From: Octopus vulgaris
Lineage: Eukaryota
Assembly (NCBI GenBank): GCA_951406725.2
Contig: OX597836.1
Location: 8,866,001-8,930,000, forward strand
Reading direction: 5' to 3'
DNA length: 64,000 bases
A program made the position numbers and the translations under genes. Positions 26,291 to 40,524 of this stretch are shown one piece after another. How positions within the stretch are numbered: the stretch's first letter is position 1; each line of letters starts with the position of its first letter. The notes under the pieces are model-generated. The model did not search any database. It was not told the origin of the DNA and saw only the letters and a list, made by a program, of their open reading frames with translations.

Positions 26291-26814
26291 GGTGGTGGTG
26301 GTAATGGTGGCGACGACGACGACGACGACAGTCTAATTTGGGCATAAGAGTTTTAGTCGAACAAATCAACCCCGCTACCTAATTATTTTTCAAATTTGGT
26401 ATTCTTCCGGTCTCCTTTATCGAAAGAAAGACAACGTTACGGGGACGAAAACAAACCAGCACTAATAATCATGCGATCGGCATACACATATATATACAAA
26501 GCGACACGACAGGCTTCTTTTAGTTTCCATCTACCAACTATGGTAGCAGACACCTGCCCAATGTGCCAGAGACTGGGACCAAACCAGAAACCAGATGGTT
26601 TGGAAGCAGACATCTTTACTACACAGTCATTTCCTCTGCCTTTGGTGACAACTGGAATGTCGTTGACCAATTATTGGTCTTCTCGACCAGAGAACGACTA
26701 AAAGGGAAACAACAATATTTCAGCAAATCATACCCAACACTATCGATAGAACAATCCCACAATTCCATAGTTTTACATCTGATAGCAACTCTCTTCCTCT
26801 TCCCACGCTTTTCT

Positions 26815-27290
26815 CCTACCCTCTTTTTCCTGTCCTCCCACCATCATTTCTCCCCCTTCCCCCTCATCCCACCCTTCTTTTCCCCCCTCATCCCACCCTT
26901 CTTTTCCCCCTCATCCCACCCTTCTTTTCCCCCTCCTCTCACCCTTATTTTCCCCTCCTCCCACCCTCCTTTCCCCCTCCTCCCACCCTCCTTTCCCCTC
27001 CTTCCAACCTCCTTCCACCCTCCTTTCTCCTTCCCCCACCCTACTTTATCCCTCTTCCCCCTCCTCCCACTCTCCTTTCCCCTCATCCCACACTCCTTTC
27101 TCCCTGTCCTTTCCCCTTCTCCCACCCTCCTTTCCCCCGATTTTCCACTCCTCCCCTCCTCTTTTCTCTCCTCTTTCTCCCCTCATTCCCTCTCCTCCTA
27201 CTCTTCTTCCCTCTCTCCTCCTACCTCTCCTTCTCCCTTCCTCAATCTTTCTTTTCACCTTATCCTCCTCCCACTCTCACTGCCCTCTTT
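26815..27290. repeat. Polypyrimidine/polypurine tract
   Basis: Direct inspection. Confidence 0.9.
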
Positions 27291-27669
27291 ACTCGCCATC
27301 GCTATTACCAATCCTAGATAAGACGCCATTTTGTTACCTACCAGCTCTGCCCTTTTACCAGAACAAAACCCTACCCGCCCCCGCTCCTTGTGACCCCCTT
27401 CTCCCCCTATCCCCTCCCCTCATTTTTAACATACTTCTGGTTTTGTGTTCTTTTGTCATATTTTGTTATTAAAGCCGGGGATTTTTATAAAAAGCAGTTT
27501 TCATTTACTGGTCAGACGATGCCTTCTCTGTTAGCTTCTGAAATTCAACGAATTCTCCTTCCATTCATCGGCCTTAATCGCCCACCCCACCCCATCCTCC
27601 CTTTCTTGCTATGGGTCTAGTACACACACTAGGTGTATACATACATGCATATATATATATATATATATA

Positions 27670-27852
27670 AGGAAAATGCCACTTGTATTTGAACACTATA
27701 CAAATATTCTTTTTAAAAAACTTTTCTTTTAATTTTTCCAAAATTTAATTGTTTTCTATACTTACAGTTGAAAAAGTCTCAATGACTGAAACCGGCACTG
27801 AAATGTTTTTTATAAAACTATTTTAGCATTTTCTGTCTTGACTTTTTTTCCA
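27670..27852 (+). mobile_element. Short element inserted in (TA)n with a degenerate minimal hammerhead (27765-27800)
   Basis: CAG-TTGAAAA-AGTC-TCAAT-GACT-GAAAC-CG-GCA-CTG; (TA)n on both sides. Confidence 0.5.
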
Positions 27853-27955
27853 TATATACATATATATATATGTGTATATATATATATATACACGTGTAGA
27901 TATGTGCGTGTGTATGTATATATATATATATATATATACACGTGTGGATATGTGC

Positions 27956-27995
<40 letters not shown>

Positions 27996-28156
27996 GTTTA
28001 GATATATATATGTGTGTGCGTGTGTGTATAAATATATATATATACACGTGTAGATATATGTGTGTGTGTATATATATATATATATATACATACGTGTGGA
28101 TATGTGTTCGCGTATGTATGTATATCGACGTACACGCATGCGTATACATACGTGTG

Positions 28157-28206
<50 letters not shown>

Positions 28207-28621
28207 ACGTGTAGTGTGTTATACTGATGCAGGTGTATATAATTACACAGGTATTAATGAGTCTTTGAGCAACAACAGTGTAAGTTTGCACGGCTTCTCA
28301 TACCCCCTTGGTCTGTCCCTCTTTTAAGCTATCTCCTCTTTCCTCTCCCTCGCCCCTCTTAGACTGCGCATGACTATATATACACACATACATATACATA
28401 TCTATATATAATGTATGTATATGCGTGCATGTTTACCTAACACCGAAACTACGCCAGGCGTACAAACATCATTATTTTTGTTGTTCTTTTAACTTAAGAG
28501 TTATACATTTTTCCTCTTGTCATTGTCATTTGCGATTCTGGTGTCAGTGGGGTGGGGGGACCATTTTGCTTTTTCTTCAAGTTCTTATACACGCATACAT
28601 AATACACACACATATGCACAC

Positions 28622-28684
<63 letters not shown>

Positions 28685-28820
28685 AAATATTTCTGTTTCT
28701 ATAGTTACGTTACTATAGTTATATGGTCAAAAATAATAAAAACAAAAAAAAAGAAAATAATTGAATGTTCTGTAGAGAAAAACAAGGTTAATGACGGACA
28801 GCAGAATGGACTTTGTACCT

Positions 28821-28862
<42 letters not shown>

Positions 28863-28874
28863 ATAGTAGTAGTG

Positions 28875-29445
28875 TGGTGAGTTGGTAGAATCGTTAGCAC
28901 GCCGGACGAAATGCTTAGCGGCATTTCGTCCGTCTTTCCAGACTGAGTTAAAAATTCCGCCGACTTTAATTTTTATCCTTTCAGGGTTGATTAAATAAGT
29001 ACCATTTGAGTACTGGGGAACGATGTAATTGACCTACCCCACCTCCTCTTTGAAACTGCTGGCCTTGTGCCAAAATTGGAAACGACTATTATTATCAGCA
29101 GCAGTAGTAGTTGTAAGACGGCGAGAGAGCAGTCGTTAGCACGCCGGACAAAATGCTTAGCGGTATTTCGTCCGTCACTACGTTCCGGGTTCAAATTCTG
29201 CCGATGTCGACTTTGCCTTTCATCCTTTCGGGGTCGATAAGTACCAGTTACGCACTGGGATCGATGTAATCGACTTAATCCCTTTTTCTGTCCTTGTTTG
29301 TCCCCACTATGTTTAGCCCCTTGTGGGCAATAAAGAAATGAGAATAAGAACCAGGCTTTAAAAGATAAGTGCCGGGGTCGATTTCTTCGACTGAACCTTT
29401 CATGTCGGTGCCCCAGCATGTCTGCAATCCAAAGACTGAAACGAG
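28875..29445 (+). mobile_element. SINE B copies (28875-29085, 29115-29340) plus a SINE A 3' fragment
   Basis: GTTAGCACGCCGGAC..GCCTTTCATCCTTTCGGGGTCGATA Meta-like domain. Confidence 0.85.
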
Positions 29446-29450
29446 TATCA

Positions 29451-29487
<37 letters not shown>

Positions 29488-29711
29488 ACGTTGTCTTACA
29501 ATGTTTCAAAGAATTTTAAACATGGCAAGGTTTGAAACGAGCGTATTTATTATAAATAAGGTAAAAAATACACAGGCTGCCATTGTAGAAGTATTCTATC
29601 TACATGTGAAATGCGTGTGGCCTAGTAGTTAGGGAGTTACGTGGGTTCAATTCCCGGAGCGGACGGCGTGTTGTGGTGTTGGGCGAAGCCCTTCATTTCA
29701 CGTTGCTATAC

Positions 29712-30158
29712 TGTTGTGTGGGGACGGATATGTCAAAGAATTAGATCCAACGTTTCGTTTGCGAGTCGTTAAAGGGGATTGAGGGGTTAAGGTAGGACCC
29801 ATGGGTTGGGAGTCGTCGCTTGAGGGATGCTAAAGTGTCATCAGCCAAGAGTAGGGAATCGCCAATAAATGCGGGATGCGGCGATGTACTGTTACTGCGC
29901 ATGCTCCCAGACTAATACTATATAAATGTATTGATATCTTAGGAGAATGGTGAGGTCTTGGATTCTTGCAAAATCAGGAAATCAGAAGTCGTAGGACCTT
30001 TTAGCCTAGTTTAGTTTTAAAATACATCTTGCGACTGCTCTGGGATGCACCGTCAGCGATGTTTCTGGGGGTCTCATGTGGTTTCGGGTCTTTCAACGTC
30101 AGACCTACTTGTCCAGTTGACCCAAGTAGGGGTCGATCAAGTCTCAGCTTGCATCACA
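29712..30158 (+). mobile_element. Possible solo LTR following a truncated SINE head
   Basis: TG..CA ends (TGTTGTG / CATCACA), TGCGCATGC and TATATAAA at ~29895-29926; no TSD found. Confidence 0.3.
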
Positions 30159-31076
30159 AGAGCAGCTAAGCCCCTGGTCTACCCTCATTATCCAAAACCA
30201 CGGATCGGTCCCACTAGCCTTCTCTGCAGCTTTAGTGATCGATCTCATATCGCCTCTTTACTGCACAAAGAACTACAAGCCCAGACAGAGCTTTCAAAAA
30301 AGTTCAAAATTTTTCAACTCCCTAAATTTTACATATAATGCGATATGGGACTCAGCATGTTTACTAACTGTGGAAGTAGGCCAAAAATGGACCCGAATGA
30401 GGTTTGGTCTGATTTTATTTTCACGGATTTCTTTTCTATTTTTTATGTCCCAAAACCCCTCTTTTGTTTGTTTACTGTCTGTAATGTAAGACTGTATGCT
30501 TGTATGTGTGTGTTTAAATCTGTGTGTGTATGCGTCTACCTATACTTTCTTTAGACGTTAGGGGAAAATCCACACCTTAGAAATATTTGGGAGTTGGGGG
30601 AGTTAGGTACCTCCCTTTGTCCCTCAAACTACCAAGTTTTTTTTGTCTTTTTCCCCCTCTTCGTCTTCGTCTCTTCTTCCTTTCCAATCTATTTACCTCA
30701 CTCCCTTACACACTTATACAAACCTGTACATCATTGACATATTTCTCCTCTCTCTCTCTCAACTACCGTCTCTCATACACACACACACACACACACATAC
30801 ACACAGCTATCACTTTATCTTCCTGTTTCATTCAGTTTGTCCCAAACTTCTTTCATTCAACAAACCAACACACACATACAACCCCACAAATGCACGCACG
30901 CAAACAACCCCACAAATATGCGCGCGAACACACACACACACACACACACACATACACACACATTCCACTCCTGTCATTTCTTTCCCCACCCTGCTTCTCT
31001 CAACATTCCACCTCACCCTTCTCTCCTTTGCCCCACCTCATTCTTACTCTTTGTGTATTTATCTGTACGAGTGCGC

Positions 31077-31140
<64 letters not shown>

Positions 31141-31312
31141 CTGTATCTGTCTGTGTGTCTGGTACTATTGAAGGTCATCTGACCCATTTATCGATATACC
31201 TCCTTTCTCTATTGAGGGCTGTCGGTCAATTTCTAGGCTGGAGTTTACACACACACTCATACCTGACTCTATTCACTTTATGCAGTCTTATCTCTCTCTC
31301 TCTCTTTCTCTT

Positions 31313-31349
<37 letters not shown>

Positions 31350-31478
31350 TTTATGTAGAAAAATACAAACTGGGACAAGAACATAAAACATTTAGAAGAC
31401 GATACAAAAAACACGGACGGGACATTCGAAGCCTTTAATCTTCAGTCAAGAACCGGATCATCGTAGCAATTTCGGCTG

Positions 31479-31545
<67 letters not shown>

Positions 31546-33519
31546 CATATGTGGAGAAATTCAACTCGTGTCCAAATATGACCACTTATATAGACAAAAC
31601 AAATCTTCCTAGCGTGCAGTCGGAATCAGGACGTAGCGGTGCAGTGTGTATGGGTGGGGGAGGCTACTGCAACTGCACTCATCCATGTTACACTTTACTC
31701 ACGAGCAAAGTGACAACTATACTACGCTTGTGCACTCACGAACGAGCAAAGTGACAACGGGTTCCCTTACTTCAGCATTCACCCGGGGCGAATTGAGCTG
31801 ACTCCTACTAACGGGTCCGCCATGACCTTCATGAATGCCGATGACACCCGACGGTTGGCCCTAACGCTCCAGCAGGCAAAGTAATGCTTCTGCCTTCGAC
31901 CCAAAAATCCAGCTTGCGAATTTGACAAATGTCCCACTAGGAGAGCAAACGCGTCGGATAGGACGGACGTCGTAGCCATAGTTATCATTCGTTGTCGAGG
32001 TGTAGAGGTCATATCCGGAGTTTCAGCGGGAATACAAATTCACATGTGGCCCGCGGAATTAGCGGTGTTTAATCGTAAGAAACGGTGACAAGCTAGCAGA
32101 ATGGGGTAAGTTCATCGAACAAAATGCTTAGCAGGATTTCTTCAGGCACTTTACTTTCAGGTTAGAAATCCCGCCACGGCCAGCTTCAACTTTCATTCTT
32201 TCGCGGGATTTATATATTAAAGTACAACCAGTCAAGTACTTGAATGGGGAGAGGAGGGTGTCGATGTAATCCAAGTGTCCACTCTCCTAAAAATTTCCGG
32301 TCTTGAATCCTGAAACGAACCGCTCAGAGGATTTTGCTGTGCTCTTGGTCACATATAGACCAGCAAAACAGAATCACCGGTTTTATAAGTCTGAAGGGTC
32401 AACAAAAAATAGATTAAATAAATCGTTAGAGACACACAATGAAGATGCATGGCTCAGTGGTTAGAGCAATGAAAGAGGTCTATGTTTGTGGTGGAAAGTT
32501 AGTGGGGGGGGGGCACTAGGAATGTATCCTGGGTGCCAGGAGGGCGCCAGTTCCAAAAAGTTTGGGAACCACTGGCATAGAGCAACATTGTCCATTGCGC
32601 TTTTTCCTCTTGTAAGCGGTAAAGATTTAGTTTGAGAGAATCTGGCTATTATTTCTAGCAAATAGAACAACCACGTAACTTAGCAGTTCGTCAAAATGAA
32701 CCGATAGAATAAGTAGCAAGCTTTAAAAAAAAGTCCCTTGGGGTAATTTGTTCGAGTAAAACCCTTCAAGGCTGTGCCCCAGTATGGCCGCAGTCCAATA
32801 ACTAAAACAGGTAACTAACAGCGAAGTATTGTAATGAACTCCGAACTACATCATTCAATATGGCGTTTTTCTGTTTGTTTTTTTAAAATACGGTAACACT
32901 ATCTGAGGAAGAATTTAGTTGCTATTACAAGCAGGCCGAACGACCACATAATGACCCCCACGTTGTGTTTGATGTCTTAAAAATTTAACGAGGAATGCTA
33001 AACATCATGGGTATTTGGAATTCAAAGCCGGTGACAGGTGAGAAAATTTAAGGCAGAGATCGTTCGTCAAATTCTAAGCAAGCCTCCGCTAGTTTACTCG
33101 TCACATTTGACAGTCAACATTTAACCACTCATGGCGTTTAGTTTTCTTTTTCTTTCTTCTAAAATTATTTCCTTCTCTCATTTCTTCGTCTTTTTCTCCC
33201 CTTTTCTTCATTCCTTTTTCTCTTTTCTTCGTCTTTTCGTCTGTTCTTAATCGCTCTTCTTATTCTTGAGTTTTTTTCCGTTCTCATTCCTATTCGTTTT
33301 TTAACATTTCCTCTTCTTCTTCCTTCCTTCCTCTATTCTCCTCATTCTTGTATGTTGTGTATTTCTACCCCTCCCCTCTCACGAAATGCCAGCCTATCAA
33401 AATGATCGGAATTACCTGTACAGGTGTGAAACTATAAACAAGATGAAGGACACGACAATAAGATTCTCGATTTCATTTCTTAAACGTCATCAACTTACGA
33501 TTCTCTCTGACAATTACTC

Positions 33520-33918
33520 TTTTACTCTTTTACTCTTTTACTTGTTTCAGTCATTTGACTGTGGCCATGCTGGAGCACCGCCTTTAGTCGAGCAAATCGA
33601 TCCCAGGACTTATTCATTGTAAGCCTAGTACTTATTCTATCGGTCTCTTTTGCCGAACTGCTAAGTTACGGGGACGTAAACACACCAGGATCGGTTGTCA
33701 AGCTATGTTGGGGGGGGGACAAACACACACACAAATGTATACACATACATATACATACATATATATATACGACGGGCTTCATTCAGTTTCCATCTACCAA
33801 ATCCACTCACAAGGCTTTGGTCAGCCCGAGGCTATAGTAGAAGATGCCCAAGGTGCCACGCAGTGGGACTGAACTCGGAACCATGTGGTTCGTAAGCAAG
33901 CTACTTACCACACAGCCT
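33520..33918 (-). mobile_element. SINE family A, near full length
   Basis: Reverse complement of 10-390. Confidence 0.9.
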
Positions 33919-33939
33919 TCTAATATTTGATCGTGGATA

Positions 33940-35263
33940 AGGCTGCGAGCTGGCAGAATCGTTAGCACGCCGGGGAAAATGTTTAGCGGCATTTCTTTGC
34001 GTTCTGAGTTCGAATTTCGCCGAGGTCGATTTTGCTTTTCAACCTTTCGAGGGAGATAAAATAAATACCAGCTAAGCACCGGGGTTGATGTAATCAACTT
34101 ACCCCTTATCCCGAAAGTATTGGCCTTGAGCCAAAATTCGAAACCGAAATTGAATTGTGGATAAGGTGGTGAGGTGCTAAAATTGTTAGCACTCCCGAGG
34201 AAATGCTTAGCGGAATTTCGTCTATCTTCACGTTCTGAGTTCAAATTCTGCCGAGGTCGACTTTACCTTTCATCTTTTTCGGCTCGATAAATTAAGTACC
34301 AGTTGAGTATTGGAGTCGATGTAACTGACTAATTCCCCTCCCCAAAATTTCAGGCCTTGTGTCTATAATAGAAAGGATTATTATTAATATTAAGGCGGAT
34401 CGCTGGACGAAATGCTTAGCGGTATTTCACCCGTCGCTACGTTCTGAGTTCAAATTCCACCGAGGTCGACTTTTCCTTTTATCCTTTCGTGGTCGATAAA
34501 TTAAGTACCAGTTACGCACTGGGGTCGATATAATCGACTCAATTCGTTTGTCTGTCCTTGTTTGTCCTCTCTGTGTTTAGCCCCTTGTGGGTAGTAAAGA
34601 AATAGGTATTTCGCCCGTCGCTACGTTCTGAGTTCAAATTCCACCGAGGTCGACTTTTCCTTTTATCTTTTCGGGGTCGATAAATTAAGTACCAGTGAAT
34701 CACTAGGGTCGATGTAATCGACTAGTCCCCTCCCCACAAATTTCACGCCTTATGCTTTAATAAAAAGGATTATTATTTTTATTATTAGTAGTAGTAGTAA
34801 GGTGGTGAGCTGACAGAATGGTTAGCACGCCGGATGAAATACTTAGCGGCATTTTGTAAGTCTTTACGTTCTAAGTTCAGAAACCACCGAGGTAGACTTT
34901 TTGCTTTTTATTCTTTCAGTGTTGATAAAACAAACACTTGGGGGGATGTAATCGACTTACTGGCTCTCCCATAATTGCTGCCCTCGTGTCACATTTCGAA
35001 ACCAATATTTAATCGAAACCAATATTTAATAAGGCGTCGAACTGGCAGAAACGTTAGCACGCCGGGCGAAATGCATAGCCGTATATCGTCTGTCGTTACG
35101 TTCCGGGTTCGAATTCCGCCGAGGTCGACTTCGCCTTTCATCCTTTCGGGGTCGATAAATTAAGTACCAGTTACGCACTGGGGTCGATGTAATCGACTTA
35201 ATCCCTTTGTCTGTCCTTGTTTGTCCCCTCTGTGTTTAGCCCCTTGTGGGTAGTAAAGAAATA
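33940..35263 (+). mobile_element. Head-to-tail cluster of about six SINE B units
   Basis: Repeated GGC..GAGCTGGCAGAATCGTTAGCACGCCGG heads and Meta-like bodies; last copy (35031-35263) flanked by AATATTTAAT. Confidence 0.9.
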
Positions 35264-35854
35264 AATATTTAATCGGGTTTATTAGTTTTATTTGATTAAA
35301 AAGGTTTGCTCGGCATTTACTTCCTGGTATTTTTCCGGAAGCGGGAGTGGAGATTCTGATGACGTCATGAATGATGATGGGTCAGCGGTCATATTCAGAC
35401 TGCTGTGATTTATGGCCTGAACATACGCAGGTAGGAACCAAACAGGTAATGAGAAAACACGGACGTCTGACCTAAATATTTGCATTGGAGGAAATTCGAC
35501 AAAAGGACAGTCAAGACCTGACCAGCTCATAACGGTTAAATCGGGCAGTATTCTGTTACTTGTTCCAGTCATTTTACTGCGGCCATGCTGCAGCACTATC
35601 TTAAGGGGTTTTAGTCGAACAAATCGCCCCCAGGACATATTCTTTTGCTGAACAGCTAAAATATATGACGGGATTCTTCCAGTTTTCTCACCAAATCTAC
35701 TCAGAAGTCTTTGGTCGGCCTGAGGCTATAGTAGAAGATACTTACCCAAGGTGTCACGCAGTGGAACTGAACCAGGAACAATGTGGTTGGGAAGCAAGCG
35801 TCTTACCATACAGCCACGCCGTTAGACTTCTTTAGAGTATTGTATGTGTACGTA

Positions 35855-36191
35855 AGGGTAAAGACCACATTCGGTCATGATTGACAGCGGGATTGCTTCT
35901 AGAAAGTTCCCCTTCGAGGCACAAGTCCGGGCAAGTTGTTTATGTAAGACCAGCAGTCGCCCATGCAGACCAGCCTCCCCTCTCCTCACCACTGATGTTA
36001 TCCAAGGGAAAGGCAAAGGGGCCGATACGGCTTGGCATCACAACTCATTTCTACAACTAAGTGAACTGGAGCAACATGAAATAAACTGTCTTGCTCAAGA
36101 ACACAATACACAGCCCAGTCCTGGAATCGAACTGACAATCTCACGACTGCAAGTCCGGCGCTCTAACCACTGAGCCATGCGCCTTCACACC
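35855..36191 (-). mobile_element. tRNA-derived CORE-like SINE family D with 11-bp TSD
   Basis: Head TGGCTCAGTGGTTAGAGC..AGTTCGATTCC, GTGTTCTTGAGCAAGACA; TSD ATGTGTACGTA at 35844-35854 and 36192-36202. Confidence 0.85.
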
Positions 36192-38089
36192 ATGTGTACG
36201 TAGATAGTTTCGTAAGAACTTCCACTCCTTTAATCCAGTTTTGAAAAATTGGGATAGCGAACATATTGAATGTAAAGGTTGGTTAAATGTAGTTTAATGG
36301 TCACGAGTTCAAACCCTAGATCAGTCAAACAATGTAATATAATCCGAATCTGCTGATATCACATGTAGGAGACACTTGTACGTTTAAGAGCAGATTAAGG
36401 GCAATCCACCACCAAAGATTAATAAAGGATTAGATTCGATATTCTGGGAATATTACCGAATGCGACAGGTACCCCCAAAAAGACTGACAACAGGTCTACT
36501 AATGGGAAACCGGTTTTTCTGTTGTTTTTTTTTTCTTTATTATTGAAATTTACACAATAAAATATTTCAATAGAATCACATGTTGCACTGTTAGAAGTCT
36601 GGCACAATTTTTACTGTTCCACTATGGATGCATGACTCCGTGTGTATGTGTGTGTGTGTGTGTGTGGTTTCTTTTGTTTATGTAAATGTTTTTGTCTTTA
36701 TAATTGTCTTAAATTCTCCAATAAAGAATGAGTCGATCTCTCACCATAAACAAGGTTTATTCACCGTGAATTCGACAATACCCATAACAGGGTAATCACA
36801 TGCTAGATTTTTCAGAAGACTTTAGTTTTACTGTTCTACACACAAACACACACACACACACACGCGCGTATTATAAACAAATTAACTTTTATATAATGGT
36901 ACGTATAGCGGGTGATAAAATATTTGTCCTCGGGTCCGCCTGCGCTCTTCATTGTTCTAACAAATATTTGTGTATATATATATACATACATGAACGTAAA
37001 TATTTGATGAGTACATAGATGTATGTATGAGTTTTGTTTTCTATTTTATTTGTTTTAGAGGGAGAGAGAATACTACAATTTAGTATTATAAAATTGTCTT
37101 CAATCTACGAAACGTTCTGCAGCTAACTGCATGAAATATTTGTAATATTTACACTAGGAATAGTTCAATCATGCCCAAACACTACTGATGTAAGCCAGAG
37201 AGTATTCTGCTATCCATATACTAAACATCTCCATACAAACGTAAGGAATGTATGTATGTGCATATACAAGAAGGTATTTGTGTATCTGTATGTATTCGTT
37301 TATTCACACTTTCTTATCGTATTTATTTGAATACAATGCGATCTAAAATACAATAAAACTAACATTTTTCACCAAGAAATCATAAAGAGAAATCGAAATA
37401 GAATATGGGAACGATTAGCGATAAAGGACCAATGGAAATCCCCTCATCGGCTATGGAAACAAGATTCATCATAGTTTTGACACGTTTAAATAAACTTTAA
37501 ATTCTCTTATAAATTCAAATGTGGCTTTCGTACCTTTCCCAAAGTGCATTCTGTAAGTTCTTACTCTTTGAGAGTGTGAATGGTAAAACTGATTACGAAA
37601 GTGAAACGAGAAATCAGTCCGTTCTTTGACGCCGTTACTGCACTATGTTTACGACTATGATACGAAACTAACTGTATCTAGACACAAGATGGCAGTTCAT
37701 AAACCACACTCCGTAAGTAGTGTGAATTCACTTAAACTGGCCATTGACATGACGCTCAGCCTCCAAGTCGTTTCGTTGTATTAGACAAAACATTGAAGTA
37801 AGGGGATGAGGGGCGACCACACCCGTGTATGCATTCCTCTAAAGAAAAAACTATCTAAAGACGAGATGTTCTATGGGTCCTCGACAACCTTGAAACAACA
37901 ACTAAAATCATAGATGTACAGCGGTTTCTCAACGACCCAAATAATGTTCGTGAGTAGAGTGGTGTGGGATGAGGCAGCCTGACGACCGATTCAACCCTTA
38001 GGGCGCTTGTGTCTGTGTCGATGACACGTGATGCTTGAAACTTTAAAACGGAAGTTTCACATCTATAAACAACTTTACGTTAGCTTCAC

Positions 38090-38479
38090 TGTCTCTCTTT
38101 CTTCATAACTTTCTCTCCATCTTTTACCTTCTCAGCCTCTCTGTTTTATCCTTTCTTCATATCCCTCTCTCCCTCTCTCTCTCTCTCTCTTATCCTCTCA
38201 TATTTCTCTCTCATCCTCTCATCACTTTCCTCTCTTCCTCTCTCTCATCCTCTCATCACTTTCCTCTCTTCCTCTCTCTCATCCTCTCGTCACTTTTCTC
38301 TCTCCCTCTCTCTCATCCTCTCGTCACTTTTCTCTCTTATCTTTTCTCTCTCTCTCTCCTAAATATTCTCTCCTTGTTTTAATCTGCCTGTTTCCTTCTC
38401 TCCCTATCTAGTTCTCACCCTTTGAGTTCTAGTCTGTTTTCCCCTCACCCAGTTTCTCCCTCGCTCAACCTCTCTCTAA

Positions 38480-38517
<38 letters not shown>

Positions 38518-38900
38518 TTTCTCTCTCTACTTTTCTCTCTCTACTTTTCCCTCTCTGCTTTTCTCTCTCTACCACCCCTCTCTCTACTTTTCTCTCTCTA
38601 TCTCTCTCTCTCTAATTTTCTCTCTCTCTCTCTCTCTCTCTCCCTCTCTCTCTCTACTCCCTCTCTCTCTCTACTCCCTCTCTCTCTCTACTCCCTCTCT
38701 CTCTCTACTCCCTCTCTCTCTCTACTCCCTCTCTCTCTCTACTCCCTCTCTCTCTCTCTCCTAATCCTCTCCTTGTTTCTTTTAGTCTGTCTGCTTCCTT
38801 CTCTCTCTCTCGATAGATCTCTCACCCTTTGAGTTCCAATCTGTCTCTCTCCTACCCTCTCTCCCCTCTCTCTCTCTCTCTCTCTCTCCCTCTCTCCTTC
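38090..38900. repeat. (CT)n-rich polypyrimidine tract with CTCTACTCC sub-repeats
   Basis: Direct inspection. Confidence 0.9.
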
Positions 38901-39202
38901 CAAACAGACTTACTAAATTAACTTGCCATACCAATACATTCAGTTCCCTGTTCTGACATTTCAAGCCTCGCGGCCATCTTTACTGTTGCTCGTACTTCAG
39001 CACTCCAGCTTCTCCAGCAACATCTTACTACTACTACTACTACTACTACAAGTACTACTACTGCTACTACTACTACTACGCTGCGGGATATATAAATTTG
39101 TATAATTTGAATTGTTTGCTTAGCCGAGGAAAACTTCCAGGTATTAGCAGCTCAAGGACGTGTGTGTTTGTTTGTGTGTGTTTGTGTGTGTGTGTTTGTG
39201 TT

Positions 39203-39235
<33 letters not shown>

Positions 39236-39302
39236 GTGTTTGTGTGTGTGTGTTTGTGTGTGTGTGTTTGTGTGTGTGTGTTTGTGTCTGTTTGTGTGTG
39301 TT

Positions 39303-39342
<40 letters not shown>

Positions 39343-39685
39343 AACTATATGTATAGATATACTTATGTAATTAGTATACGCACACACACATATTGCACTA
39401 TGTATGTATGTATGTATGCGTATACGTATTTATGTGTGCATATGCGAGTGTGTATACATGTGTATGCATATGTGCATATATACGTATGTACATACGTGTG
39501 TGTGTGTGTGTTGTAATTCGGTTAGTTTTTCCTCCCTCACCATCCCGCCACACTCTCACGTCTCCCTAATACAACATAACTCATCAAACGAGAAGCCGAA
39601 AGGTGTCTATGACCGCCATCTTGGTACTGAATCTAAATATTTTAATTAAAGAATTTATGGGAAATTTCCATTGAAAACCACTAAG

Positions 39686-39738
<53 letters not shown>

Positions 39739-40468
39739 CATCATTATTATTGTTATTATTATTATTATTATCATCATCATTATTATTATTATTTAAGAAA
39801 TCGTTGTCGTTGGTGGTTGTTGAGGGCGGGGTGAAATTTGATCTCTTCATTTAAGAGAAGAAACGGTCACACACTTGTCACACAAACATATCTAAGCGCA
39901 CACGCGCTCTCTTTCAATCTCTCTCTCTCTCTGTCGGTCTCTCGGTATATATATATATATATATATATTGCTCTCTATTGCACTCTCTCACTCTATTGCA
40001 CTCTCTCTCTCTCTTGCTCTCTCTCCCTACTTCTTTCACACGCGCATGCACTCACACACACACACACACACCCCTACTTGTAAATCATTTTGCACTTCTG
40101 GTTCGGTGGAGCAACCAACAATCACCAGCGCCATTTTGCTGGCGGCGGCCATTTTAACTTTCGTTAACTATTTATTGTTTTTATTGTTGTTCCACTTAGT
40201 CCGACAACAAGATTGCTATTGAGACATAAGGTGAGGGTTAGGAGGAGGACAAGACCTGAGAAGGGGTCAGGCCGATGAGTGGTGGTGGTGGTGGTGGTGG
40301 GGTGGGGTGAGGAGACTGTCAGTCGCCATTGTTCTTAATCTTGCTGTAATTATGACCACTATGTAAACAAAAGCCAACACAAGAAGGATATGTGTGTGCG
40401 TGTGTGTGTGTACGTGTGTATGTGTGTGCCTGTACATGTGTGTGTTCGTGTATGTGTGTGAGTATGCA

Positions 40469-40524
<56 letters not shown>

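Noticed and set aside
31355-31480. TA-embedded short element with CTGAAGA and GAAAT on the minus strand
   Set aside because: Could not fold into a coherent hammerhead; probably a truncated repeat.
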